64,000 nucleotides of DNA from a virus: the IMG/VR virus record IMGVR_UViG_3300020530_000006; one strand, written 5' to 3'. Of this stretch, positions 30,369 through 43,000 are shown piece by piece. The position numbers and the translations under genes are program-made. The first letter of the stretch is position 1. Every line of letters starts with the position of its first letter. The notes below the pieces were generated by a model. That model ran no database searches. It was not told where the DNA came from and saw only the letters and a list, made by a program, of their open reading frames with translations.

Positions 30369-31856
30369 TTATCCACATTTAATAAAGGTTTTATTCCTAC
30401 TATATGAATATGTAGAAATAGTTTTATTTTCTTCTTTAACTAACCATCCATTATATTTACTGGAAGAAAGTGTAAATTGCCTATCAACACAATTTATAAT
30501 TTCTGCAATTTTTGATTGATCACATCCTTGTAATGTTCCTCTAACCGTAACAGTAGCTTCTTGAGGTTTGTCTCCAATATAATGTATTATAGATCGTAAA
30601 TTATTTGGCACAATAAATTCTTGATGTCTAACAGATGGCAATTTTTCATCTATCGTTGTTTCTATTGCTGCTACTCCTAATGTTTTACACGTTGGTATAT
30701 CCGCATATTCTGCGTTAAATGTAATTTCTCCAGCAACAACAGATGTTGATATACTGCTAGATATTCTTTGATAACAAACTTCTTCTGTGTCATCTTCTTC
30801 GCAAGTTGAGTTTGGAGTTGGTCTTGGTTTGTTTCGCTCTCCTGTTGGATTTGGCGATAATTCAGGCCAATTACCATTGATAATTTTTGGTAATATTTTA
30901 CCCAAAGCAACATTAGCATTAGCTAATCTTTCTCCGGGTCCAATTTTATTGCCTAAAAAATTCAGAGTTGCCGGAGATAATCCTTTGATCGTTCCGCTAA
31001 TTGTTCTAGTTTTTTTAGGCGTTTCTGATTCTAAAGACACTTTATCATCTGTATTAAGATCCACCCATGCGCTTGGAGCACAGCTCCCAGAGGACATATA
31101 TAGATCAAATTTCCAAATAGCGGCCCCAGAATCATTTATTTCGAAAGTTTTTGTATCTATCCATTTTTGCCAACCAGAATAATTAGCTAGCGGATTTGTT
31201 GCTGCTTCTGGGCCACTAAATATAAAACTCATTAAATTAGCGGCTCTTTCTTCTATAAGAGCAATAGCCTGCTTCATGCCATCATATTCGGGAACACCAC
31301 AGATATTTCTACCATAGCATGTAACGTTGATTTCTCCTTGTGCTTTAACATATGATTTTGATAAACCCAATTCGGAATCTACTAGTCCCAAGTTATCAGA
31401 ATTTCCTTCAAAAGATAATTTTTCAAAATATGCTTTGATAAATCTTGCGTTTTTTTCACTTAAATTATTTCGAGTTAAAAATTCAGGATCTGGATTAACA
31501 GCCGGACCATCGCCTAATGCTTCTATCGCTATAACAATAGAATAAGTTGCTACGAATGGCTGGTCAGATTGGGATAATTCTACAGATCGTACTCGGCCAG
31601 CTCCTGATAAAAAGTCACTAGTTCCTTGACAGCCTATTGTTACCATTACGCAGTCCTGGGTGGATTGTAGGGCTCCGATGTCATTCATCTGTGTTACAAT
31701 ATCTTCTCCAACAATAGTGCCGTCTAAATTTACAATTAATAATCCTCCTATAATATATTGTCCACTTTTATTGTATTCGTATGATGTACTTACGAACGGA
31801 GCTGGCTTTAAATTTGTATTTCCTATTTTAACCGAACTGGGGGTGATTGTTGCCAT
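30369..31856 (-). CDS. Tail structural protein, paralogue of 31856-33328
   Basis: Start MATITPSS at 31856 (TAATG coupling); shares AP..S.S.EY..SG..IIGG, SQ/DQ..P....YSI and FI.C terminal motifs with its neighbour. Confidence 0.55.
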   Translation of the reverse strand: MATITPSSVKIGNTNLKPAPFVSTSYEYNKSGQYIIGGLLIVNLDGTIVGEDIVTQMNDIGALQSTQDCVMVTIGCQGTSDFLSGAGRVRSVELSQSDQPFVATYSIVIAIEALGDGPAVNPDPEFLTRNNLSEKNARFIKAYFEKLSFEGNSDNLGLVDSELGLSKSYVKAQGEINVTCYGRNICGVPEYDGMKQAIALIEERAANLMSFIFSGPEAATNPLANYSGWQKWIDTKTFEINDSGAAIWKFDLYMSSGSCAPSAWVDLNTDDKVSLESETPKKTRTISGTIKGLSPATLNFLGNKIGPGERLANANVALGKILPKIINGNWPELSPNPTGERNKPRPTPNSTCEEDDTEEVCYQRISSSISTSVVAGEITFNAEYADIPTCKTLGVAAIETTIDEKLPSVRHQEFIVPNNLRSIIHYIGDKPQEATVTVRGTLQGCDQSKIAEIINCVDRQFTLSSSKYNGWLVKEENKTISTYSYSRNKTFIKCG

Positions 31857-33328
31857 TATAAGCACTCTATAAAGTTTTGTCGAATAGTATAGCTATTTCT
31901 AGTTTCTGTGGTGGTATTTTCTATTAGTAGTGCTTTTGCTGGAACATATTGGTTTATTGCTATTGCTAGTCCATCGTTTGTTGTGCATTTTGTTTTATTG
32001 CCACAATTATCTTCTGGATATGATGTTGCCACAGTAATATTAACTTTTTTTGCTGATTTACAATTTAAATTTTGTATAAGGGTGCCTCTTCCTGGTAAAA
32101 TATGCTCGACATATTGAGGTTGTGGTTCGATAATTTCTACTGTTGTTTCTGTTTTGATTCCATCTTTTATACATGTACCTCCGCTACTATCTTGAGTTGT
32201 TGACCATTCAAAATTAAAGTTGATTACTCCATCTGTTCTAGATACTGATATTGTGCCAGAGGATGGTTTTATATAATTCGAGTCCTCATTACCACCATCT
32301 TCTGGTTTGTTTTCGCATCTGCCTATATTAGTGTTGCTTGTTGGTGGACAATTTGGTTTTTCATTAAGTTCTAATGTTTGACCAGCCCAACTATTTAAAT
32401 CTTCATATTTTCCCCTTACTTTTGTAAAAGTTCCCATAGCATTAGCCAATTTTGAAACAGAGCATGTTGATACCAGAGTAACTAAGTCTCCCCAATCTAC
32501 ATTAACAAGACCCGTTACGGTTCCAGATGTAACATATGTTATATCTTTAGATTCGTATGTTCGATTATATGAAAAAATTAAATCGACCAATGCTGTTCCG
32601 GTAGATGTTGGTGGTAATAAAATCATATCACAACTAAAACTTATAGATCCATCGTTATCTATTTCTATAGATCTAGACTGTAAATATTTTTTATACGCTC
32701 CATACAGTGTTATTAATTTTGAATTTGAAATACCGTATTTAACAAGTCTTTTCAAAACACTGATAGTAGTATTTGTTGATCCGCAATATGTTTCGCACTT
32801 TAAACTAATACTATTAGAAAATCTTATAAATGCTTTTGACACTCCATTAACTTCATCATAAACATATCCGTGAGAATCTTCCCCTATGGTAATTGATTCT
32901 TTTCTACTAAGTTCAACCACACCATCAGCGGCTGTTATTCCAAAGCTATTTGATGGTATAGAAGATATTAATCCTCTTAGTTCTATACTATAAGCGCCCT
33001 GGTTTACCCATGATGGATCAGGACCTTGGTCTATGGTAACATTTGTAATCCTCGCTTTGTCACCTAGTGGATTAAAATTTGGTATACCAGTAGTAACCAC
33101 ACACTTTGGTGACGATCCTAATTTTCTGATTAATGCTAGTCTGGACATGACTACGCTTCCGGTTTTCGAGCCGTCTTGATCCGAAACAGATACAATTCCT
33201 GTTATTTTAGCAATTATATTTCCTCCGATGATTTCTCCGGAGTCTGATGTATAGTATTCAAATGATATATTAGATGTTGGAGCATATTGTTCCTCATCTA
33301 ATACCAATGATCCTATTGTAATTGACAT
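31856..33328 (-). CDS. Tail structural protein, paralogue of 30369-31856
   Basis: Same shared motifs; position downstream of the tape measure and fibre genes. Confidence 0.55.
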   Translation of the reverse strand: MSITIGSLVLDEEQYAPTSNISFEYYTSDSGEIIGGNIIAKITGIVSVSDQDGSKTGSVVMSRLALIRKLGSSPKCVVTTGIPNFNPLGDKARITNVTIDQGPDPSWVNQGAYSIELRGLISSIPSNSFGITAADGVVELSRKESITIGEDSHGYVYDEVNGVSKAFIRFSNSISLKCETYCGSTNTTISVLKRLVKYGISNSKLITLYGAYKKYLQSRSIEIDNDGSISFSCDMILLPPTSTGTALVDLIFSYNRTYESKDITYVTSGTVTGLVNVDWGDLVTLVSTCSVSKLANAMGTFTKVRGKYEDLNSWAGQTLELNEKPNCPPTSNTNIGRCENKPEDGGNEDSNYIKPSSGTISVSRTDGVINFNFEWSTTQDSSGGTCIKDGIKTETTVEIIEPQPQYVEHILPGRGTLIQNLNCKSAKKVNITVATSYPEDNCGNKTKCTTNDGLAIAINQYVPAKALLIENTTTETRNSYTIRQNFIECL

Positions 33329-33330
33329 AA

Positions 33331-36300
33331 TTATGTATTAAGTGTTGATGCTGTAATTTTAATCCAATTATCATTGCCGCCATGAGCTAGTGTTATGTTA
33401 TATAGAGAGGATAACGTTTCAAATGCGGATCCTGCTCCTGATTTTCTAATTTCTATAGTATTAACAGATGACATATTAGCTATAGTAAATTTTTTACCTA
33501 AATATAAGCCCGTGCCATTTGGTAGATAAACAATAGAAGATCCTGTTGGATATAAAAATTGATACTCGGCGTCTGTGTGTGTTAACTGTCTGGGTGATAC
33601 AAAAGTTCCGGACGATGCTAAATTATTATATTCTACTTGATTATTTTGATACAATAATGATTGAACACTTCCACTACCAGAAACGGAAATCATAGAGGGT
33701 AATATTAATTGATCGGTACTAAAAGATGTAAAGTCACCGGTTGCATATGTTCCATCAAAATCTATATCTATTACTTTTGAGATGCTATTACGAACAATAA
33801 AATCTCCCTCATCACTAACTTCCATTGTGCCGCTGTTCCAAACGCCTGTTCCAATACTAACTACATCATTAATAACAAAAAGTTTCGCGTTATTTCCGGA
33901 AGTCCCACTACCAACAACGATCTTATCTAGATATCCAGTTTTAGCTATAAGATCTTCAACATATGTTGTATTTGGTTGAATTCCAGTTATATTTTGTCCA
34001 AAAATAAATACATTATCATATCCTCCATCGTTATTATACCCACCAAAGATTACATTAAAATCCCCACTTGAAACATTAGCAAAACCATTTATTGTGGTAT
34101 AATCGCCGGTCGAGTTATTTACTGCTCCAGCTATAATAGAACTATGTATTCCACTAATACTATTATTTGCTCCACCTAATATACAGCTCCATGTGCCACT
34201 ACTACCTATAGTATTAGATTGACCACCACCAATAAAACTTTCTTGAGCATTATTAATATTTTGGCTTCCACCAATTATGGAAGAGAAAGATCCCGCTGTT
34301 CTATTGTTATATCCGCCACCTAAAAAGCTATAAGTTCCTGATGCTACACTAAGAGCAGATGATCGTCCTCTTTGTAGATCAACCGCATAAGATCCTCTAA
34401 GATTACCAGAAGGATCTAATTGAAAAGCATTAGTTCCACTAGGAACTAGTATTAGGTTACCGCTTGTGGAACTTAATGTATTTCCATCCAATTTTAGATT
34501 ATCCACAGATATACTACCATAAACTATCAATCCAGAATCCACAACAAAATCTGATGATGTTTTAACAACAACTCCGGTGTTGCTAACATTGATATAATTA
34601 CTAGCATCAGTATAAAGGCTTATAATATTATTACCAGAAAAAGATGCTAAACTATTATTAGAAAGTAGTATATTGTTAATTCCAGAAACTTTTGTATTAG
34701 CGCCGATAACAATATTATTATTGCCAGACGATACTATGTTATTGCCAAAAACTAATCCGCCAGATCCGTATATTTGATTGAGGTATCCGGCCATAAATCC
34801 GGTGTTAGAAATTGAGCCATAGTTTCCTATACCAAAAGCCACAAGAGAACCATCGTTCGCGGTTGCTAACAAAGAATTATTTTTACCAACAGCAACAGAG
34901 TTGTTTGCTGTAACGAGATTAGATTCTCCTAAACCAACAGAGTAGTCACCGTGCGCTCCGTTAAGATAACCACAAGTAACCGAGTACAAACCACTATTAG
35001 CATTACCGATACCTATTGCGGTAACATAATCTTCATTGACTTCGTTATTATTGCCAATTATAACTACTCCAAAATTACCACTACTTAAGCATGTGTTATT
35101 TATACCAAATATGCTCATGTTCGATCCTGAACATACTATGTCATCTCCAAAAAGAATATTATTTGTACCACTAGTAACTATTGATTTTCCAAAAATAAAG
35201 TTTCCAGAACTTATAACAGTATTATCGTGTCCAACTACTGTATTTACGCCACTAATACTATTGCGACCTATAGAGGCCCCATTACCATTAACGTTAATAA
35301 TTTCCGAAAGCACTCCACTATTAAGACTTTTAACAATGAATGTTGATCTTTCAGAGTTGTTTGTAATAGCATTTATATTAGATACTAAGGCTAAACCTGT
35401 TTTTTCCACACCAGATGAGTTTACAAATGTGAAGACTAAAGATTCATCAATACCGCTTGCTAATATTGATTTATTTTTAATACTGAATACCACATTATTA
35501 TCTGTTAATGTTGTGTATGTTGCATTACCGGAACTGGTGATTGAGAAGTGATTATCGTTATTTGTGGCTATATAAATTTTATTATTGCCACTAACACTCA
35601 CATTTTCCCCACCTATTACCCATATGTTATTTCCAGACGCTGAATGATTGCTACCTATTAAACCACCAAATGTACCAGACGATAAGGAACAGTTGTCTCC
35701 TATAACAGCACAGTTTTCTCCACAGATATTATTATAGTATCCGAGAACAACGTTATTGCCTTCGTTAGATGATGCTCCACCTATGATTGTTCCGTCAAGA
35801 TTAGAATTATTAAAACCAAGAGTTATTCCACTAGGAGCAAAAACTGCCACATCTTCGAACGATCCATTATTCATGATACCAATATTGACTAAAGATTTTT
35901 CTGATCCGCTAGTTGTTGATTCTATTTCTGTTACGATTTTACTGTACGCAACAGGAGCATTAGCAGAATTTAATCCAGAATAAGTTATTGTTCCAACCAC
36001 ATTATTTGTGGCTAAACCACTGGTTGACGTATTTCCAAGAACAATTGATGGACCAACACCACTCTTATAGATAACTATTCCATTTTTATTATTACTATTT
36101 ATTGTTAAAGTATCGTATGCGGCGGATGTGTTTATTCCTATAGTATTTGCTCCGCCATCAACAAATAGCAGATGGGTATTTCCTGTACCAGCTACTCTAA
36201 GATCATTATCATATAATCTTTGATTAAAAATTGTGGTTTGTCCAGAAGATGATGGCAGAACTATATCTGCTGTGGCATTTCCAGAATTGCCTATTAGTAG

Positions 36301-37050
36301 TGAACTGCTAGAATAATCCCACACAAAATTATTGACTCCACTAAATGATCCATCATATTTAAATTGTACATAGCCATCATTACCGTATGGATTGGTGGAA
36401 TCTTGAACAGGATCTAACTTTAACCATCCTGTTTGTGATGGTACAGAAATCAGTTGTAGATAATCATTTAGTATTGTTACTGTTTCAGAAGATGTCGAGC
36501 CGTTTATTGTCTCTGTTCCATATGGATCTAAAACTATAGCGTTTGATTGTTCGTAAGCTCCACCTATTGTGGATTTTAATAAAAATGATAAAATTACAGG
36601 ATCATCTTCGGAATTTACTTGTGGTAGAGTTACTGTTACTCCGGTAACAGAAGCATCCACAACATAAACCGCAGGAGCATATGGTGCGGTAAAAGATGAT
36701 GATTTTTCTTCTAAATTAACAAACCCATTATTAATTAGATTGTCGGCAACAACACTCTCTACATATTTTGTGCCAGATGAGAAACTAACAAAATTATTAC
36801 CATTTGTAGAAGATAATACTCTCTCTCTAACTAACTGATTAACTCCACCACCACTACTAATATAGCCAATACCAATTTCCCACTCCAAGTTTGTGTCTCG
36901 TCTATATATATAATAGGCTAGTTTTTTGTCCGATCCTATTGCACCAACAAAAGATCTGGATCCTAGTGTGGCTCCGGAAAGAACAAAATTTCCCGAACCA
37001 TTTGTTGTTGATGTTTCTTGAATTTTATTAGCATAATATGTTATAGACAT
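33331..37050 (-). CDS. Tail fibre / adhesin with YadA-head-like Gly-Asn repeats
   Basis: N-terminal QETSTTNGSG...EWEIGIG...LVR..VLSSTN anchor module; many [VI]G..N repeats; RGSYAVDLQ and SFLGGGYNN repeats. Confidence 0.75.
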   Translation of the reverse strand: MSITYYANKIQETSTTNGSGNFVLSGATLGSRSFVGAIGSDKKLAYYIYRRDTNLEWEIGIGYISSGGGVNQLVRERVLSSTNGNNFVSFSSGTKYVESVVADNLINNGFVNLEEKSSSFTAPYAPAVYVVDASVTGVTVTLPQVNSEDDPVILSFLLKSTIGGAYEQSNAIVLDPYGTETINGSTSSETVTILNDYLQLISVPSQTGWLKLDPVQDSTNPYGNDGYVQFKYDGSFSGVNNFVWDYSSSSLLIGNSGNATADIVLPSSSGQTTIFNQRLYDNDLRVAGTGNTHLLFVDGGANTIGINTSAAYDTLTINSNNKNGIVIYKSGVGPSIVLGNTSTSGLATNNVVGTITYSGLNSANAPVAYSKIVTEIESTTSGSEKSLVNIGIMNNGSFEDVAVFAPSGITLGFNNSNLDGTIIGGASSNEGNNVVLGYYNNICGENCAVIGDNCSLSSGTFGGLIGSNHSASGNNIWVIGGENVSVSGNNKIYIATNNDNHFSITSSGNATYTTLTDNNVVFSIKNKSILASGIDESLVFTFVNSSGVEKTGLALVSNINAITNNSERSTFIVKSLNSGVLSEIINVNGNGASIGRNSISGVNTVVGHDNTVISSGNFIFGKSIVTSGTNNILFGDDIVCSGSNMSIFGINNTCLSSGNFGVVIIGNNNEVNEDYVTAIGIGNANSGLYSVTCGYLNGAHGDYSVGLGESNLVTANNSVAVGKNNSLLATANDGSLVAFGIGNYGSISNTGFMAGYLNQIYGSGGLVFGNNIVSSGNNNIVIGANTKVSGINNILLSNNSLASFSGNNIISLYTDASNYINVSNTGVVVKTSSDFVVDSGLIVYGSISVDNLKLDGNTLSSTSGNLILVPSGTNAFQLDPSGNLRGSYAVDLQRGRSSALSVASGTYSFLGGGYNNRTAGSFSSIIGGSQNINNAQESFIGGGQSNTIGSSGTWSCILGGANNSISGIHSSIIAGAVNNSTGDYTTINGFANVSSGDFNVIFGGYNNDGGYDNVFIFGQNITGIQPNTTYVEDLIAKTGYLDKIVVGSGTSGNNAKLFVINDVVSIGTGVWNSGTMEVSDEGDFIVRNSISKVIDIDFDGTYATGDFTSFSTDQLILPSMISVSGSGSVQSLLYQNNQVEYNNLASSGTFVSPRQLTHTDAEYQFLYPTGSSIVYLPNGTGLYLGKKFTIANMSSVNTIEIRKSGAGSAFETLSSLYNITLAHGGNDNWIKITASTLNT

Positions 37051-37061
37051 TATAATGTTAC

Positions 37062-40000
37062 CTATTTTTTAGAAGTGCGTAAATCTAATTTAATTCCACC
37101 ATTAGTTTTATTACTTAATTCGGTTGATATTGTATTATAAATATCGTCAGCAAACTGCTCAAGTTTTTCTCCCAATCCTTGTCCGCCATTAACTGTTACT
37201 GTTACATTTACTGGTATGGACCCTGTTACATTAAGGCTTATTGAATCTGGTATGCCGTCGAGGGCAGATTGTAATCTACCAACAGCAGTATTAAATTCTC
37301 CGATAGAAGTTGTTAGTCCTGTTGATGCTCCTCCTAATAATGCTGCTGCTGTTGATAATGCTGTAAATCCACTTACGATACTATCTAATGCTCCAAATCC
37401 ACTTATTATTGCTGATCCGCCACTAACAAATTCTTGAATACTACCAGATAACTGGCCAACAATAGAATCAAAAGACGAAAATGAACCATCCAAATTAGAA
37501 GTATCAATTGATAATACACCGCCAGATGATCCTCCGGATGAACTAATATTACCACCATTAACTCCACCATCAGCAAAATATTTGGGTTTTACCATACCTC
37601 CGGTATTGTAGTTTTGACTATTAATTTGTTGTAATAAGCCTAAATTTTGTCTAGTGGCTTTACGATTGACCACAAATTCTCCCGGAGTTAACATTGCGGG
37701 AACAGTGTCGGTTCCTCGTGGTTGATAGTTTACTAATTGGCCCTTACTAGCATAAACAATACCACCAGTAGACATATTTTGAGTGCGTCTTCGTTCCATT
37801 TCTTGTTGATATGCTAGTTGTTTATTTTTCTTTGAATCTTCATAATTTTTACGTTTATCCTCTTGCATTGATGAATAATTAAATTTACCTCTTTGTACTT
37901 TATAAAACGCTAAAGAGTCCTTATATTGACTATAAGCTGATTTATAACCTACTATTTTATTAGATTCATTCCCCAGCTCGCCAACTAAAGCACTTCCTGC
38001 TTTCAGACCTAAACTTAAAGAAGATAAATCCCCTTCTCTAACACCAGATAGTTTTCGATTTTTAAAGGGGTCTTCTGCATTATTTTCCAAAGCCCAAGCT
38101 GCATCAGCTTTCTTTTTTTCCTCAAAACGTTTTTTATCAAAATCTTTTGGAACTAAAAATGTTTCTAATGATTTGTTTTTAAAATCTTCTAAACTATAAA
38201 TAGAAGGTAATCCAAACTCTTCAAAAGATTCTATTGTCTTACCGAAGTTATTTTTTATATAATCATTAACCGCAGTTAAATATGTTGTAGTATCTGTCTT
38301 TAGTGGGTCCTCCTCTAACGATTGTTCTTGTGCTCTTATTAATAATTCTGATCTTAAGCGATCAAACTCTTTTATTGCAAATATGTTTTCTCTATTTTTT
38401 TGTTCGGTCTGAGCTGTTTCATCATTATCGCTTTGAACTATTTTTCCTTTTTCTCTTGTGTCTAGACCAGTAATTCTTTGTGTCTTGCCTGGAGTTGTTT
38501 CACCGAATAATTCTTCATCAGCCTTCTTAATATATCTAGCGTCTGTTATAAATTTATCTTTAATTGGTGGTACGGGTGGTTGGGGTGGCGTCATACCTAC
38601 CAACCCTTTAATAAATTCTCTGTATGTTGGCTCATCATAATAATCTGGTTGAGCACCACTTACATTCTCAAGCATTTCTTCAGCCTTAGTATTCATGCTT
38701 TGCATAGTTTGGATAGAAGCAGCAGTAGTACCAACAACTCCTCTAATAGATTCTGGAAGCATTCCAATTAATTTTGAACCGATAGTTTGAGGCGCTGATA
38801 CTCCAGCGGGTTGTTGAGTAGGTGTTGGAGTCTGATTATCGAATAGAGAAACCATATCGTCTAATATGTATGTTGGTGGACCTTGACGATTCTGTAAAGA
38901 TTGTTTAAGTTTATTATACGCGTCATTATATGGTGTTCTCCAAGCATCAAACTCTATATTAGACATTTTGCTAATTTCTTCGCCACTGCTTTGTATCAAG
39001 CTCATTATAGCAGTCTCGAAATCCATAACAGCCTGATTATCTATGGTATTTGGAGATAGTTCTGACTGCCCTTTAATCCAGCCTAGTCCAGTTTCTATTT
39101 CTTTAGCAGCGTACTCGAATTGTTCTGGAGTTAGGTTTTGATCGGTGAAAGACGATGCGAAAAGCAAGTCCATACCTTCTCCGAGATGTCTCATACCCAA
39201 TAAGCCATCTCCATCTTTTTGTTCTGGCTTCTGAACATCTCCACCATCCTGTAAATAAGCAACCCCACCCTTACTATATCCCTTAGCGCCACCATTAATA
39301 GATCTGAGAAGTCCAAGATTGTTTTTAGTGGCTCTGGCATTTACCACAAACTCTCCCGGAGTAAGCATAGCGGGTACAGTATCTGTGCCACGAGGTTGAT
39401 ATGGAACTAGTGTGCCTTTGCTGGCATAAACAGTTCCGCCCTTTTTATATCCATGCGCTTTCCACATTTGTCTTAAAATTTCTTGAGCTTTAGAGGATTT
39501 CTCAAATAAGTCTTTAGTAGCAGGGTCGAAAGCGGCTTGATTAAGAGTAGTAAAAAATTCTGCTCCAGCTACATTAGAGTTTGGATTTCTAACAAATTTA
39601 GCATTATATGCGCTATTTAGTCCTTTAGCTATATCATTATATTCTGTATCCAAAAAAGAGTCCAATAATTTTGGATCAACCATCTTTTTCAGTTCATCAT
39701 ATGTCATATTCAATTTACCAGCCATACCAGCGGCAAAATGTGTAGATTCATGAACCCCTGTTGACATTTGCGATCCAGGACCTACTCCTATAACCGGATT
39801 TGAAGATACACTACCTTTTTTAGTAAATATTCCTTTAGCCTTTTTTATATATGATGATGTATCAGGTAATCCACGAGCTCTAAAGTTCGTAGACCATTTA
39901 TTTGCTACTTTATTGAGATGTGTTTCAAAAGCGGCTGGGTCATCTATCCATGCCAACTCATCAGCGGATGCTTTTTCTAGCATGTCTATTAAAAATGCTT

Positions 40001-43000
40001 CTTGTTTATCTGGATTAACATTTCGTGACAAAGCTTCAAAGGCATCTCTTTGAGCCTGAGGTATATTTTCTGCGTATGCTTTTGCTTTAGATGATAAAGC
40101 TATATCTTTTATAGATTTTGAAGATCTTGCTCCAATAGGACTAGAAAGACCAGACTTGATTGTGCTTCTACCCTCAGGAAAAAGATTTCTTAATTCTTCT
40201 AATTTTTGTTCTACTGTAATTCCTTGTTCCGCTGCTCTTGCTCGTATAGCATCTCCAAAAGACAAAGGTTTTTCTTGAGTTATTGGTTTTGGTTGTTCAA
40301 TTTGAGTTATTGGTTTTGGTGTCTCTGGAATTGGTTGAGTTGTTTTGGTTCTTTTCTCTGATCCTAATTTTACCAGATCTTCTAAAGGATTTTCAGATAG
40401 TTTTTGTTGTTTTTGTAAATTTTCAAACCATTTTCTTGTGGATCTATCTCTAAATATATTACTTATATTTTCACCAAAACCCATAATTTTTTCACCAAGG
40501 CCAAAACGACCAGCTCCTTGCGCTCTTGCGGTTTTTCTTGCTTGTTTCTTCATCCAGTCTATTTTTGGAAGGACGCCTATTTTTCGTAATGAATTTAAAA
40601 TTGGGCTTTTTTCAAACTGTAACAAACCTCTAGCGGCGCCCATAGCTCCTTTACCAGCACCCATAACTCCTTTACCAGCAATACTAGCAGCACCCATAAC
40701 GCTCTTACCAGAAATACTGGCCGTACCCATAAGTGCCTTGCCGGTAAAATCTTGTAAACCAGCTAGACCTTTTTCGGCCAAATCAACACCTCCAAAAAAA
40801 CCTTTTTTAATTCCTCCTCCAAGAATACCAAGTCCTCGTCCAACTGTTTGTCCAAACTCTGTTGACGCTTTTTGATCCAATAGATTTGCTGTCATATTAG
40901 CAAAATTTGTGCCTGTGCCAGATGTTGTGCGATTTGCAATATCACTAGAAGCTCCTGTTGGAAATCTTACGTTTGTATTATCAAATAAATCAGCACTAGC
41001 TGTTGTTGTTTTAACAGGGGTTGGTGGTCTGGGTCCGACAGATTTTGCCATTCCTTTGAAAGCATTTGGAAACAATCTTCCAAATAACTTTTCACCACCA
41101 ATATCACCAGCTGCTTCACCGAAAATATCTCCTGTTGTAATGGCTCCTCTAACAACATTTTCAGGAGTTAACAGATTACCCAACGTTGTTCTGTTATCTG
41201 TTTGATAGGCCCCACTAGCTCTCTCCACTTCTTGAGATATCAAAGCTTCTCTTCTTTTCATTGCTTCTTGTTCCGCAGTACCATATGCTTCTCCAAAGCC
41301 CAAACGAGATCCTAATCCTGAGCCAACTTGTCGGATTCCTTCTATACCCATTCCGGCCTGAGCGCCGCCGGATTTTGCTAACTCTTGACCAAACTGAGTA
41401 AGCATATCACTTCCAGTAAGTTTGCCAGCTCCATAAGTTAGTCCACCAGCAAGAACACCGGCTCCGCCAACAGTTGTTCTTATAACATTAGCAACATTCT
41501 TTGGAACAGCACTAACAGCAGCTAAAACTGGACTTTTATCAACACCTTCGCCAAATTGTTGCAAGGCCGTATCCATATTTTTCTTAGCAAAGTCTTCTTG
41601 AGATTTAGCGACCATCTCTTGTCTTGCTCGTCCCTGTCTATTATATTCAACAGTAGCTGACGTTACTATCTCTCCTATTCTAGCTCTCAATGATGACCTA
41701 GATTTGGCTAAAGGCACGTTGACTCTCCTTCTATCCCAATCAGTACCATAAATAGATGGTGTTTGTTCTCTTATTCTATTTTCAATAAATTCTCTTAAAA
41801 TAGGATCGGATGTTTGGTTATAATAGCTACTGTTTCTATACATATCTACGAGAGACGCCCCAAAACTTTCTGCCTGGTACATTTTTGTTTCTTCTTTCAG
41901 ACGTAATTTTCTTGCTTTATCATCGGAAAGAACCTTTTGTTGAGCCTCAAAAGCCTGTCGTGCTAAAACACCCTGTTTTTCAGCATCGCTTGAAAATGGT
42001 TTTTTAGTTAGTGGATTAATTTCTGTTCTTGCCTGAGTATCTGCTTGTTTCACAGTTTCCATCTGTCTTTTAGTTTTCTCAATTTCCGCAAAACGTCCCT
42101 CAAATTCTTGTTTTCTTTGTTGTTCTCTTTCAGCCGCCTGAGCGTTGATCTGCGCTTGTCTTAATTTATCTCTTTCGTCAATGCTTAGTGGTCTAGATGC
42201 TGTTGAATAATCTCCATCCCTAATTCCAAGATCATCAGCACTAACTATACCAGCATTTACGGCTTTTCGAAGTTCTTCGGCTTGTAATTGAGCTAATCTT
42301 GGAGCATCTGCTGCTCTAGCTTCTCTAACTTTGTCTCCTTCAGCATTAGCTGCTTTTGATCTTCCAAATTCATAATTCTTAATAAATTCATTTATAGCAG
42401 CGTCTACTGATTCTATATCTTCTGGAGCTAAAGATTCGTATCCTAATGGTCTTTCACTAGTGGCTCGCAAATCTTTAAAAATAGCATCTAAGTCAGCTTG
42501 GGATCCTGATCCTAATAGATCAGCATAATATTTGTCATCACCACTAGATGTCAAAAATTTACTAAATAATTGTTTACCTTTATTGATATCTATTACGCCA
42601 CCATCAGCTAAATAAACCATACCCCCCTTAGAATATCCAGTATTATTAGATCCATTATTTATAGATTTTAATAATCCCATATTCTTTTTGGTGGCTCTAG
42701 CATTAACAACAAACTCGCCAGGAGTTAGCATCGCTGGCACAGTGTCGGTTCCTTTTGGTTGAAAATTAACTAGCTGGCCCTTGCTAGCATAAATCATTCC
42801 TCCTCTAGAAGCATAACCAGCAACATTGGCAGGATTTCCATCTATACCAACACCAACCGGACGCGCTTCTAATGGTAAATCTCCAGCATTTTTTATTCTA
42901 TCTAGAAATGCATCTGCTGCTTCTATTACTTTAGTCTTTAAAATTTCAGATGAGTCTTCCATACGTTCAGATAATAGTAATGTGGCATCTGTTTGAGCTT

